From: Candidatus Latescibacterota bacterium
Lineage (GTDB): Bacteria; JAAXHH01; JABIQT01
Length of the DNA stretch: 50,983 nucleotides
NCBI GenBank assembly: GCA_018667995.1
Contig: JABIQT010000051.1
Coordinates: 1-50,983, forward strand
Direction: 5' to 3'
Below the pieces are notes generated by a model. The model did no database searches. It saw nothing but the letters and a program-made list of their open reading frames with translations, and was not told the origin of the DNA. Positions 29,638 to 37,564 of the stretch are shown piece after piece. Position numbers and translations under genes: made by a program. Numbering within the stretch: position 1 is the stretch's first letter; each line of letters opens with the position of its first letter.

Positions 29638-31449
29638 TCAACGATAGTATTGAGCTTGAGTCTCAAAGAGATGTGCGTATGTGCCGTTCCCTTCCATCAG
29701 CTCATCATGAGAACCACTCTCTACAACACGGCCATTCTCCATTACAAAAACCCGGTCCGCCATGCGTACAGTAGAGAGCCGATGGCTGATCAGAATAGCG
29801 GTCCGGCCCGATGTCAGCTGATGAAATTTCTCGAATACCTTATACTCAGCTTTAGGGTCCAACGCACTGGTCGGCTCATCAAGGACTATGATCTGTGCCT
29901 CGCGCATGAATGCTCTTGCCAGTGCGATTTTCTGCCACTCGCCGATACTGAGATCCTCACCCTCTTCAAACATCTTACCCAGATTTGTATCATATCCATC
30001 CGGCAGTCCAGCAATGATACCATCAGCGTCAGCCTGGCGTGCGGCCTCTTCTATTCGTGAGTGATCTTGCGGCGCGGACACATCACCAAACCAGATATTC
30101 TCCCTGACTGAAAGTGGGTAGCGGGCATAGTCCTGGAAGACGACACTGATATCCTTGCGCAAATCTTCAATAGAGAATGATCCCAGATCCAGGCCGTCCA
30201 CGGTGATCTTTCCAGCTGATGGATCGTAGAGCCTGCATATCAGCTTGATGAGGGTCGTTTTGCCGGATCCGTTTTCACCTACGAATGCCACGTGCTCCCC
30301 AGGGGCTATCTCTAGAGACACATCGTCCAGAGCCTTCCGTGTTCCGTTCGGATACGAAAAACTCACTGCATCCAATGCAATTCCGCTCTGCATGGGATGG
30401 GGTACCGCAATCGGTCTTGCTGGATCGGCTACTTTTCGGTCGAGATCTAGGAATTCATACAAATTTGACAGAAACAGGTTGTTTTCATAGAGACCCGCAA
30501 TTCCCATCAGCATGTCGCGGAGTGCACTCTGACCTTGCCGGAGGGCTTGGAAAAGCATGACCAGATCACCAATGGTCGCCGCCCCCTGAACAGTTCGGTA
30601 TGCTATGAACCCGTAAGAACCATAGATAGCGATGGTTGCGCTGAACTGGGTGACCAACTCGGCGAGAGTGCGGCGAGTTGCTATCGCCATTCGTTCCCGG
30701 CGGAGTTGGCGCCGCAACTCCCTGAACCGATCGATAAATAGATGCCCGAGTCCAAAGAGTCGGACTTCTTTTGCATAAAGGCTTCCGGTAAGCATCCAGT
30801 CGTAAAAAGTGGCCTGCCGCTCTTTGGACGTCCGGCGTCGCTTCCATTCATACATCTGATCCGCATACAGAATGCGTACAAAGATACCCGGCACCACCGC
30901 CAGGAATAGAACGACTGTGATAGCCCAGTGGAAAGTGAAGAGCAATCCAGCGATGACAACCATCGTAACAGATTGCTGAGCAATTTCCAGCAGTCCATTT
31001 ACGATCTGCAGAGGTCGGACCGGCGCCTCAGCCTGAGCCCGACGGAGGGCGTCGTAGTAGGCTGCATCCTCGTAGTATGCAAGATCAACTTCAATCGACT
31101 TCGCATGCAAAATGCTTTGGATATGATCCACTACACGTTGGCCCTGCTCATCACTTACGCGACTAGCACCCGCGTTGACGGCCGCGCTCAGAAGTGCTAC
31201 CCCTCCGGCCAACGCCACATACAGCATCACCTTACTGAGGGCATCGTTCGTATCCTGATCGACCATTCCAGCCGAAACTGCGTCAATTACCAGCTTGATC
31301 AAATAGAGGGAGGCAAGCGGCAGTACGCCCTGGATAAGGACAAGAATTCCGGATGCGACCGTCCATTTTGGACCACTGTCCCAGACCAGTTTTACTGCTC
31401 GCTCCACCCGCACGATATAACGTAATCTCTCCCGTAAGTCAATACCCAT
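29638..31449 (-). CDS. ABC exporter, fused permease + ATPase (lasso-peptide McjD-like), copy 1
   Basis: Same architecture as copy 2 and alignable over its full length. Walker A GENGSGKTT, signature LSIGEWQK, Walker B IIVLDEPTSALD, H-loop SHRLST. Confidence 0.85.
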   Translation of the reverse strand: MGIDLRERLRYIVRVERAVKLVWDSGPKWTVASGILVLIQGVLPLASLYLIKLVIDAVSAGMVDQDTNDALSKVMLYVALAGGVALLSAAVNAGASRVSDEQGQRVVDHIQSILHAKSIEVDLAYYEDAAYYDALRRAQAEAPVRPLQIVNGLLEIAQQSVTMVVIAGLLFTFHWAITVVLFLAVVPGIFVRILYADQMYEWKRRRTSKERQATFYDWMLTGSLYAKEVRLFGLGHLFIDRFRELRRQLRRERMAIATRRTLAELVTQFSATIAIYGSYGFIAYRTVQGAATIGDLVMLFQALRQGQSALRDMLMGIAGLYENNLFLSNLYEFLDLDRKVADPARPIAVPHPMQSGIALDAVSFSYPNGTRKALDDVSLEIAPGEHVAFVGENGSGKTTLIKLICRLYDPSAGKITVDGLDLGSFSIEDLRKDISVVFQDYARYPLSVRENIWFGDVSAPQDHSRIEEAARQADADGIIAGLPDGYDTNLGKMFEEGEDLSIGEWQKIALARAFMREAQIIVLDEPTSALDPKAEYKVFEKFHQLTSGRTAILISHRLSTVRMADRVFVMENGRVVESGSHDELMEGNGTYAHLFETQAQYYR

Positions 31450-31482
31450 GTCTGCAGGCTTTCCCAGGCTATCTGCCTATAA

Positions 31483-31524
31483 AAACGAAGTCGCACCACC
31501 ATTTTCGGCGATACGACTTCGTTT
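31483..31524 (-). terminator. Stem-loop with U-tract between precursor-like ORF A and the exporter gene (candidate attenuator or partial terminator)
   Basis: Perfect 11-bp inverted repeat (plus strand aaacgaagtcg 31483-31493 / cgacttcgttt 31514-31524). The 20-nt loop can add 4 more pairs (CGCC/GGUG). On the minus-strand RNA the 3' arm runs into UUUUUAUA. It lies about 108 nt after the ORF A stop and about 34 nt before the ABC start. Confidence 0.45.
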
Positions 31525-31631
31525 GCTGTACGCGACACTCGTATTCGGGGCCTCCCGCTAGACGGTTGGCCGGTTTTCTGCATCGCAGACCCTTTCGGGC
31601 CCAAGCCGTTAAATGACTCGCATTTCTCCCT

Positions 31632-31826
31632 CTAGTTCCAACCGACGGTTGTATCTCCTACGCCATCCCCATCGGTATCTACGGGACCAATCACGCGTCC
31701 CATGTAATCTAGAGACTGAAGGGTTTTGACTCTTCTCTGAGGCGCATAACTGCTCTGAAGCGTTACATTTTCGATACGTCCGTACCGACGCAAACCCTTC
31801 ATTTCGTACACTTCATGTTCACTCAT
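31632..31826 (-). CDS. Lasso-leader-bearing precursor-like peptide A (64 aa)
   Basis: MSEHEVYEMKGLRRYGRIENVTLQSSYAPQRRVKTLQSLDYMGRVIGPVDTDGDGVGDTTVGWN. AAAGGA lies 7 nt upstream of ATG 31826 (the track ORF is open to 31859). The leader fits Y-xx-K-x-L-x3-G-x5-T-x and shares RYGR(I/L)ENVTLxSSY with peptides B and C. Confidence 0.55.
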   Translation of the reverse strand: MSEHEVYEMKGLRRYGRIENVTLQSSYAPQRRVKTLQSLDYMGRVIGPVDTDGDGVGDTTVGWN

Positions 31827-31880
31827 GATGTTGTCCTTTCGTGATTCATCTACAGCCATGGTGCCGGCATTGGTGCCGAC

Positions 31881-31893
31881 CGGAAAACCCCGA
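31881..31893 (-). repeat. Copy of a G-run/T-run/C-run motif (minus strand TCGGGGTTTTCCG) upstream of ORF A
   Basis: Plus strand cggaaaaccccga, 55-67 nt upstream of the ORF A start. Related to the blocks at 34361, 34924 and 37797. Confidence 0.25.
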
Positions 31894-31919
31894 ATACGAT
31901 TGCGCGCGACAACTCCTTT

Positions 31920-33908
31920 CTAAGCGGATAGGGAGAGCGGCTGCTGACCACTACCCGATGATTTGCTTTCAACTATTCGTGTATTTGATGTCGATGTGTC
32001 CGATATGAGGCGTCTAAGGCTGCCCCCATTTTCGACGGCTCGCAACCATCCTTCCAGGCTTAAGAAACCTGATATATATCCCGCAAGCTGTTCACTGTCT
32101 TCAACCGCTACCATGAACTTCTCAGGATTCACGTATCCGCGATCGAAAATGTGGACAGTACTCGAATCCTGTAACCACTTCCGGGCTGCAGCCGGGGGGA
32201 GACTATTCCTGAGTACCGGAGTGAACTCTACCCCCTGATAACCAACCCGCAGTTTCTCGGGAATGATTCCCGCCATGGCCTGCCTGTGATGCCGGCGAAC
32301 AGCCATCCGAATCCGAGGCTCCTCGGCATCCCACTTCATCTGGTGAGGCATCCCGAGGACCATCTCGATGAGCCTTCTGTCAAAGTAAGGATATCGCGGC
32401 TCTACCGGTTGGGCATACTGGTGTGTGTATCCAGTTTTGGGCGGAAATATACTCTCTATCGTACTCTGAACCACGGGACAGCGGAATCGATTCCTGTCTG
32501 CCCAGCCTACTCGAAGCTCCTCATCCTTTTCAACGATTTGCTGACGAACCGAATTAGTCATAAATTCCGGCACATCCCAGATCGTTCCAGATCGCCTCTC
32601 ACGGGCCTTAAGTACGGCGTTCATTATTGGAAAAGGTGTAACCATGGGAAAGATGCCATAGGCTAGAAATGCCCGCAATGCGTACCACCCATATCGACTG
32701 CGATCGATCTTAAACCGTTTCAGTATTTCGCCGAACTGCTTTCTTCGCAGAAGATCGTAGTATACGAAATAACCGCCGCTATTTAATTCGTTACCGTTCT
32801 TTCCGTTCAGCGATACTCTGCATCCCGATTCGGCTACCATGTTATACAATTTGTGATTGGCCAACGGTACCCAGAAATCGAACGGACCCATGATACTTTC
32901 CGGTTTCCAATCGGGATACATACATCTTGGGCCAAATAAAGTGTCGGCAATAAGGTAGTGAGGCTTCAAGTCCCCATGCTGGTTTAGCACTTCCTGGATG
33001 TATGGTCGCTCATCGGACTCGATGACACTGTCGAATGCTATCGAGAATGTATGGATAGGATTGCTTTGAGGACCACTCATTCGAGCGGCGAGACAGGCGA
33101 CGGCAGAGGAGTCCAAACCGCCGCTCAGTTCCATAGCAACAGGGCCGCGACTTCGAAGTCGGTGCCGCACGGCCTCATCGAGTCGATGTGCGTACTCCTC
33201 CAGCACTTCACCTGGGGACCGTTGATCTGGAGCTGATTCCTGCCAGGTCCAATATGGAGTGACATCAATCTTGCCGTTCTTAGCTACCAGCTTCGATCCT
33301 GCAGGAACGGCATGCACGTTCTTGAAGAATCCCTTATCCCAACCCGTAATGCTCTGGTGAATGGGGGTCAAGTACTCAATGAGGTGCTCTTCGTTAACTT
33401 CGAAGGGGATATTTAAGTCTTGGAAGATCTGCGTGCGATCTGATGCCAGGAAGAAGGTGCTCCCATCGTCATGATAATAGAGCTGCCGTGCGCCAGATAT
33501 GTCTCGTGCCGCAAACAGCGATCTGGTGTGCTCATTCCAGATGGCAAATGCGAAGTCTCCTATGAGACGGTCTGCACAGTCCTCACCCCAAGCCTGAAAG
33601 GCAGCAAGTACCAACGCAGTATCAGACTGTGAGACCGGGCGCACACCGGGCGGTAGTGCAGCTACCACCTCGCTGCGATTGTCCAGGCGACAACTGGCAG
33701 CAATGTGCAACGGTCCGGCTACGATCTTTACTCCGGGTTCGTCCTCAGGCAACGTGGATAGATCGGCCTGCGCCATACCAACAGCACCATCTACCCAGAC
33801 CCATGCGCCGTCCGGGCACCTGTGTTGCACACAACTGTTCGCGCCCTTAAGGATGCGCGCATCCACGGGCCGACCATCCCAGTTTATTATACAGGAAATG
33901 GCACTCAT
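31920..33908 (-). CDS. Asparagine-synthetase-like lasso peptide cyclase (C protein), paralogue 1
   Basis: 662 aa. The N-terminus MSAISCIINWDG has no Cys2 glutaminase nucleophile. PP-loop ELSGGLDSSAVACL. Sits beside PqqD and B2 genes and aligns end to end with paralogue 2. Confidence 0.85.
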   Translation of the reverse strand: MSAISCIINWDGRPVDARILKGANSCVQHRCPDGAWVWVDGAVGMAQADLSTLPEDEPGVKIVAGPLHIAASCRLDNRSEVVAALPPGVRPVSQSDTALVLAAFQAWGEDCADRLIGDFAFAIWNEHTRSLFAARDISGARQLYYHDDGSTFFLASDRTQIFQDLNIPFEVNEEHLIEYLTPIHQSITGWDKGFFKNVHAVPAGSKLVAKNGKIDVTPYWTWQESAPDQRSPGEVLEEYAHRLDEAVRHRLRSRGPVAMELSGGLDSSAVACLAARMSGPQSNPIHTFSIAFDSVIESDERPYIQEVLNQHGDLKPHYLIADTLFGPRCMYPDWKPESIMGPFDFWVPLANHKLYNMVAESGCRVSLNGKNGNELNSGGYFVYYDLLRRKQFGEILKRFKIDRSRYGWYALRAFLAYGIFPMVTPFPIMNAVLKARERRSGTIWDVPEFMTNSVRQQIVEKDEELRVGWADRNRFRCPVVQSTIESIFPPKTGYTHQYAQPVEPRYPYFDRRLIEMVLGMPHQMKWDAEEPRIRMAVRRHHRQAMAGIIPEKLRVGYQGVEFTPVLRNSLPPAAARKWLQDSSTVHIFDRGYVNPEKFMVAVEDSEQLAGYISGFLSLEGWLRAVENGGSLRRLISDTSTSNTRIVESKSSGSGQQPLSLSA

Positions 33909-33956
33909 TCTATGCCCCGAATTAGGCTATCGAGCCATTCACCCTTAAGAATCGTC

Positions 33957-34277
33957 TTATTCATGAACATCTATCAATCCTTCATCGGAGAGCTCTTGTA
34001 GAAAGGCAAGGACGTCTTCTTTGCATCGGGCTGGTTCAACTTTGTAGGTTTCCACCAATGAGTCTTTTATATCCTTCACAGAAATGGGAGCCTGGAGCAT
34101 GTCCCAGATACGTGCCTCCACGGCGGTTACACCGTAGTATTGCCCAGTTTTTACATTAAGAATAACGGTTTCACCATCTAAATCGTTTGACACCTGATCA
34201 GGCGCGGCCACGACAGCGATCTCCTGTAAAACGGGACACTCCAACTCTGAGAAAATCATACGGGACATTCCAAACAT
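33957..34277 (-). CDS. PqqD-family RiPP recognition element protein (lasso B1)
   Basis: 106 aa with a typical PqqD pattern (DGETVILNVKTGQYYGVTAVEARIWDMLQAPISVKDIKDSLVETYKVEPARCKEDVLAFLQELSDEGLI). Confidence 0.85.
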   Translation of the reverse strand: MFGMSRMIFSELECPVLQEIAVVAAPDQVSNDLDGETVILNVKTGQYYGVTAVEARIWDMLQAPISVKDIKDSLVETYKVEPARCKEDVLAFLQELSDEGLIDVHE

Positions 34278-34360
34278 TGGTGAATGGACGTTCGATAACT
34301 TTACATGGGATATTACAAACTGGACTATACAGGGAAGAATACAGATTTACGAGAGTTCAA

Positions 34361-34380
34361 ACAATCGGGAAAACCCCGAG
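34361..34380 (-). repeat. Conserved upstream block copy 3 (plus strand acaatcgggaaaaccccgag)
   Basis: 84-103 nt upstream of the B1 start. Shares ACAAT-N1-2-GGGRAA(A)CCC with the blocks at 34924 and 37797. Confidence 0.3.
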
Positions 34381-34632
34381 AATCAAAAAGAATCTCCTTA
34401 GTTTTGCAGAAGATGCTCTCTCGAGTCATTACAGCGACCATCGTGGATCTCTAGCGGGGGACTAAGAGATACTTATCGAGGCCGCGGTCGAGCACAAGAC
34501 TCAATGCCTTTGACAATATGCTTGATTTACAATCCAATACACATCACCCGGGATACCCGCATGTTCACTGATCGACATTATCCGGAAACCCAGGTATTTC
34601 GACTGCTCAGGCGAATTTCTGGAAACTCGAGA

Positions 34633-34794
34633 CTACCTGGTTGTCCGTCTACGACGCTTATCCCATCCACGTACCGATCGTTTTCGGGTTGTTCTAGGTG
34701 GCGTAGTGGTCGTCCCAGGATCATACGAGGACGTCAGCGTCACATTTTCGAGACGACCGTAACGTATCAGCTTGGGTGGTTGATAAGTAGGCAT
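34633..34794 (-). CDS. Lasso-leader-bearing precursor-like peptide B (53 aa, not in the ORF track)
   Basis: My translation of the minus strand: MPTYQPPKLIRYGRLENVTLTSSYDPGTTTTPPRTTRKRSVRGWDKRRRRTTR*. It matches Y4-xx-P7-x-L9-x3-G13-x5-T19-x exactly, has AGGA 4 nt before the ATG, and lies between the B2 and B1 genes. Confidence 0.7.
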   Translation of the reverse strand: MPTYQPPKLIRYGRLENVTLTSSYDPGTTTTPPRTTRKRSVRGWDKRRRRTTR

Positions 34795-34923
34795 GAAATC
34801 CTGTTCCTAATCAGATGGGGATTGGCTTGTCATCCTTCTATCAATGAACCGATGACTGCCTGACTTCTAATCTGGAGAATTGTCATCAATAATACCATTC
34901 ACTGCCCGAAACCACAATAAGGG

Positions 34924-34942
34924 AAACCCTTAGTTTTCCGCC
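34924..34942 (-). repeat. Conserved upstream block copy 1 (plus strand acaataagggaaaccctta)
   Basis: About 130-148 nt upstream of the peptide B start. Near-identical to the block upstream of peptide C. On the minus strand it reads AAGGGTTTCCCTTATTGT, containing the short inverted repeat AAGGG/CCCTT. Confidence 0.3.
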
Positions 34943-34990
34943 AAAGTTCCCTGAGTACTGCAAAAAAGCTCGATGTGGTGATTCAGGATA

Positions 34991-35434
34991 TTACATGCCG
35001 ATTTTGCCGAGAGATGGAAACTCTGTGAATCTTGCCAGATCTTCCACTGCACCCAGTACTATCTCACCTTGGTATTCTATCCAGGCATGGGCCTCCAAAC
35101 GACCACCTTCCTCCTTCGCCACGCCTATACGTAAATCGTTGCTTACGCCGCGTCTATCCAGAAGGACTTTTGTAACCAATGCTTGGACGAGGCATGTCGC
35201 GGAAGGAATGAATCGACTGGACGTCTCTACAGACCATGCTATTGTCTCTATTATCCTACGGTTCGTCTGATAGGGAACCGCGGAAGCGTCGGACCATTCA
35301 AATATCATTGTTCTTACTACTCTAAAGGGAAGAATCCAGAGTGCGATGCGAATGGCGGCACCGAGAATGAGAGCCACCATAAGCAAGTGTTGCTCTGAAT
35401 CTGGCAGTCGGTAGAATCTAAGAATCCTATTCAT
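34991..35434 (-). CDS. Lasso peptide biosynthesis B2 protein (transglutaminase-like leader peptidase)
   Basis: 147 aa. Catalytic Cys in SATCLVQALVTKVLLDRRG and His in LEAHAWIEYQGEIV, the standard B2 layout. Confidence 0.85.
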   Translation of the reverse strand: MNRILRFYRLPDSEQHLLMVALILGAAIRIALWILPFRVVRTMIFEWSDASAVPYQTNRRIIETIAWSVETSSRFIPSATCLVQALVTKVLLDRRGVSNDLRIGVAKEEGGRLEAHAWIEYQGEIVLGAVEDLARFTEFPSLGKIGM

Positions 35435-35458
35435 AGTTGCGACCGTCCTCTCGATGAA

Positions 35459-37399
35459 CTACGCGGCAGTCCTGTGTACCTGTGAATAAGCAAGGCGTGC
35501 CATTTTTCCGCCAGGCTCCATTGCCCGCAGCCAGCCTTCAACAGATATCATAGATGCAAGGTATCCGCCCGGGTTGTCGCATTCCGCCACCGCATCTAAG
35601 AATGCGGCAGGTTCGGCATATCCTCTTTCGAAAATGTGCACCATCGAATGGCTCAATAGCCATTTCCGGACTAATTCGGGCGTAAAGTTGTGCTGTAGCG
35701 ACGGACTGAATTCAACTCCCACATTTCTTACACGAACCGACTCAGGGATGATGCCCTTCATTGCTAATCGATGATGATGCCGGCTGGCCAGCAGGAGATC
35801 ACTTTCTTCGTGCTCCCACTTCATGTCTTGCGGCATGGAGAGTACAAATTCTATGAGACGCCTATCCATATATGGATGAACAGTCTGGATTGGTTGCGGA
35901 TATTGGATACTTAGCGCAATGCTTGGCGGCTGTAAGTCCTCCAGGGTCTCGCGGGCCGTTGGACACTTGACCTGGGTTCGGCGGGCCCGTTCAATTCGGA
36001 GCGACTCGTCCATGGCTCTTACCTTCGCCGCCAGGGACGATGGAATGTATTCCGGTAATTCCCACCCTTCTCCGGGGCCCATTCGCCGAGTCCTTGCTTC
36101 CAGTATTCTCCTGAGAATAGGTAGGGGAGTCAACAGGGGCAGTACCCCATCTGTAATGAACATTCGCGCTGTATACCGTCGATATCGAGCCCAGTCCAAT
36201 CGCAGCCTCCGAGCAGTCTCAGCTATTCGCCTGCGGCGGATTAGATCATAGTAGACCCTGTCGTCACCGTCATTCAAGACGTCACCAGATTCACCAGTGA
36301 CGACGATCCTGCATCCTCTTTCGACTGCCATTTGATAGAGACCGAAATTGGCGGACGGCATCAGAATTTCGCACGGTCCCATGATGCTCCTGGGTTCCCA
36401 ATCATCCTTGAGACACTGTGGACCATACATTTCATCAGCAACCTGATAGGCACGGTGTAGATGGGGATACATAGCCAGAACGGCCTCGATACCGGGCCGC
36501 TCGTCTACCTCAGTGGCCACATCAAATACATCAGACAGAGTATGTATCTCGGACATTGAGTTATCCCACATCTGTGCCGAGAGACATGCAAGCGCTGAGG
36601 AGTCTAGTCCCCCACTCAACTCTATTCCGATTGCCGCTCTACTGCGGGACCTGCAGCTAATGGCCTCCTTAAGTTGGACGAGATAGCGCTCTGTGACTTC
36701 TTGCCTGTTGATCCTCTCCGGAGACTGCTCCATCCATTGCCAGTAGGACCGCACGTCGATCTTACCGTCCTTCGCCCGGAGGTAGGACCCAGCAGGAACT
36801 GAGTGGAACGCCTTGAACAGCCCTTGATCCCAGCCGGTGGACATCTGATAGGTTGGTGTCAGGTATTCAATCACCTGTTCATCATCAATCTCTACAGGTA
36901 GCGATGAATCCTGGACAATTTGAGTTCGGTCGGAGGCCAAGAATAGACGGGCGGCATCACTGTAATAGAACAAGGTGCGCACACCCGATATATCCCGGGC
37001 GGCATAAACCGATTTGTCCGTTTCGTTCCATATTATAAATGCAAAATCCCCTATCAAACGTTCTGAGCACTTATCTCCCCATGCCTGATAGGCGGATAGG
37101 ATGAAGGCCGTATCCGTACTGTTCACTGGCCTGCAGTCGACCGGCAAAGTCGCCCGCAGTTCTTCGCGATTATCAATTCGGCACGATGCCGCAATTCGCA
37201 GCGGTCCGCATTGGACCTGTACACCGGGTTCATCTTCGGGAAGCACTGCCAGATCAGCCTGGGCCATACCAACGGCACCCTCAGTCCAGACCCAGCTACC
37301 ATCGGGGCAGCGGTGTCTGACGCAGGCGTTGGCTCGATCCAATACGGTTCGATCAACGGGTCGATGATTCCAGTTTACAATAGCGGATATAGCACTCAT
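35459..37399 (-). CDS. Asparagine-synthetase-like lasso peptide cyclase (C protein), paralogue 2
   Basis: 646 aa. The N-terminus MSAISAIVNWNH has no Cys2. PP-loop ELSGGLDSSALACL. Colinear with paralogue 1 over its whole length. Confidence 0.85.
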   Translation of the reverse strand: MSAISAIVNWNHRPVDRTVLDRANACVRHRCPDGSWVWTEGAVGMAQADLAVLPEDEPGVQVQCGPLRIAASCRIDNREELRATLPVDCRPVNSTDTAFILSAYQAWGDKCSERLIGDFAFIIWNETDKSVYAARDISGVRTLFYYSDAARLFLASDRTQIVQDSSLPVEIDDEQVIEYLTPTYQMSTGWDQGLFKAFHSVPAGSYLRAKDGKIDVRSYWQWMEQSPERINRQEVTERYLVQLKEAISCRSRSRAAIGIELSGGLDSSALACLSAQMWDNSMSEIHTLSDVFDVATEVDERPGIEAVLAMYPHLHRAYQVADEMYGPQCLKDDWEPRSIMGPCEILMPSANFGLYQMAVERGCRIVVTGESGDVLNDGDDRVYYDLIRRRRIAETARRLRLDWARYRRYTARMFITDGVLPLLTPLPILRRILEARTRRMGPGEGWELPEYIPSSLAAKVRAMDESLRIERARRTQVKCPTARETLEDLQPPSIALSIQYPQPIQTVHPYMDRRLIEFVLSMPQDMKWEHEESDLLLASRHHHRLAMKGIIPESVRVRNVGVEFSPSLQHNFTPELVRKWLLSHSMVHIFERGYAEPAAFLDAVAECDNPGGYLASMISVEGWLRAMEPGGKMARLAYSQVHRTAA

Positions 37400-37564
37400 G
37401 TCAGACCTGATGCTCCTGGGACCCTAACACACGAACTGGCTAACCTATGAATGATGACATTCAGATTCTATTCATTTGACGAATGCAGGCGGAGGCATTT
37501 CGACCTCGACCCCAATAATGCGGTAGATGCATCAATGAATTCTTTGGTGCCTGAGTACAACCGG

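Noticed and set aside
31827-31859. Longer 75-aa version of ORF A starting at 31859 (MAVDESRKDNI...)
   Set aside because: The internal ATG at 31826 has AAAGGA at 7 nt and gives a leader length comparable to B and C. The extra 11 residues have no counterpart. The longer form cannot be excluded without data.
34504-34863. 119-aa plus-strand ORF in the ORF track, lying between the PqqD and B2 genes
   Set aside because: It is the antisense shadow of peptide B. It has no recognisable family, and its Arg/Ser-rich translation mirrors the Thr/Arg-rich coding strand. The minus-strand 53-aa ORF has the leader motif, an RBS and a paralogue.
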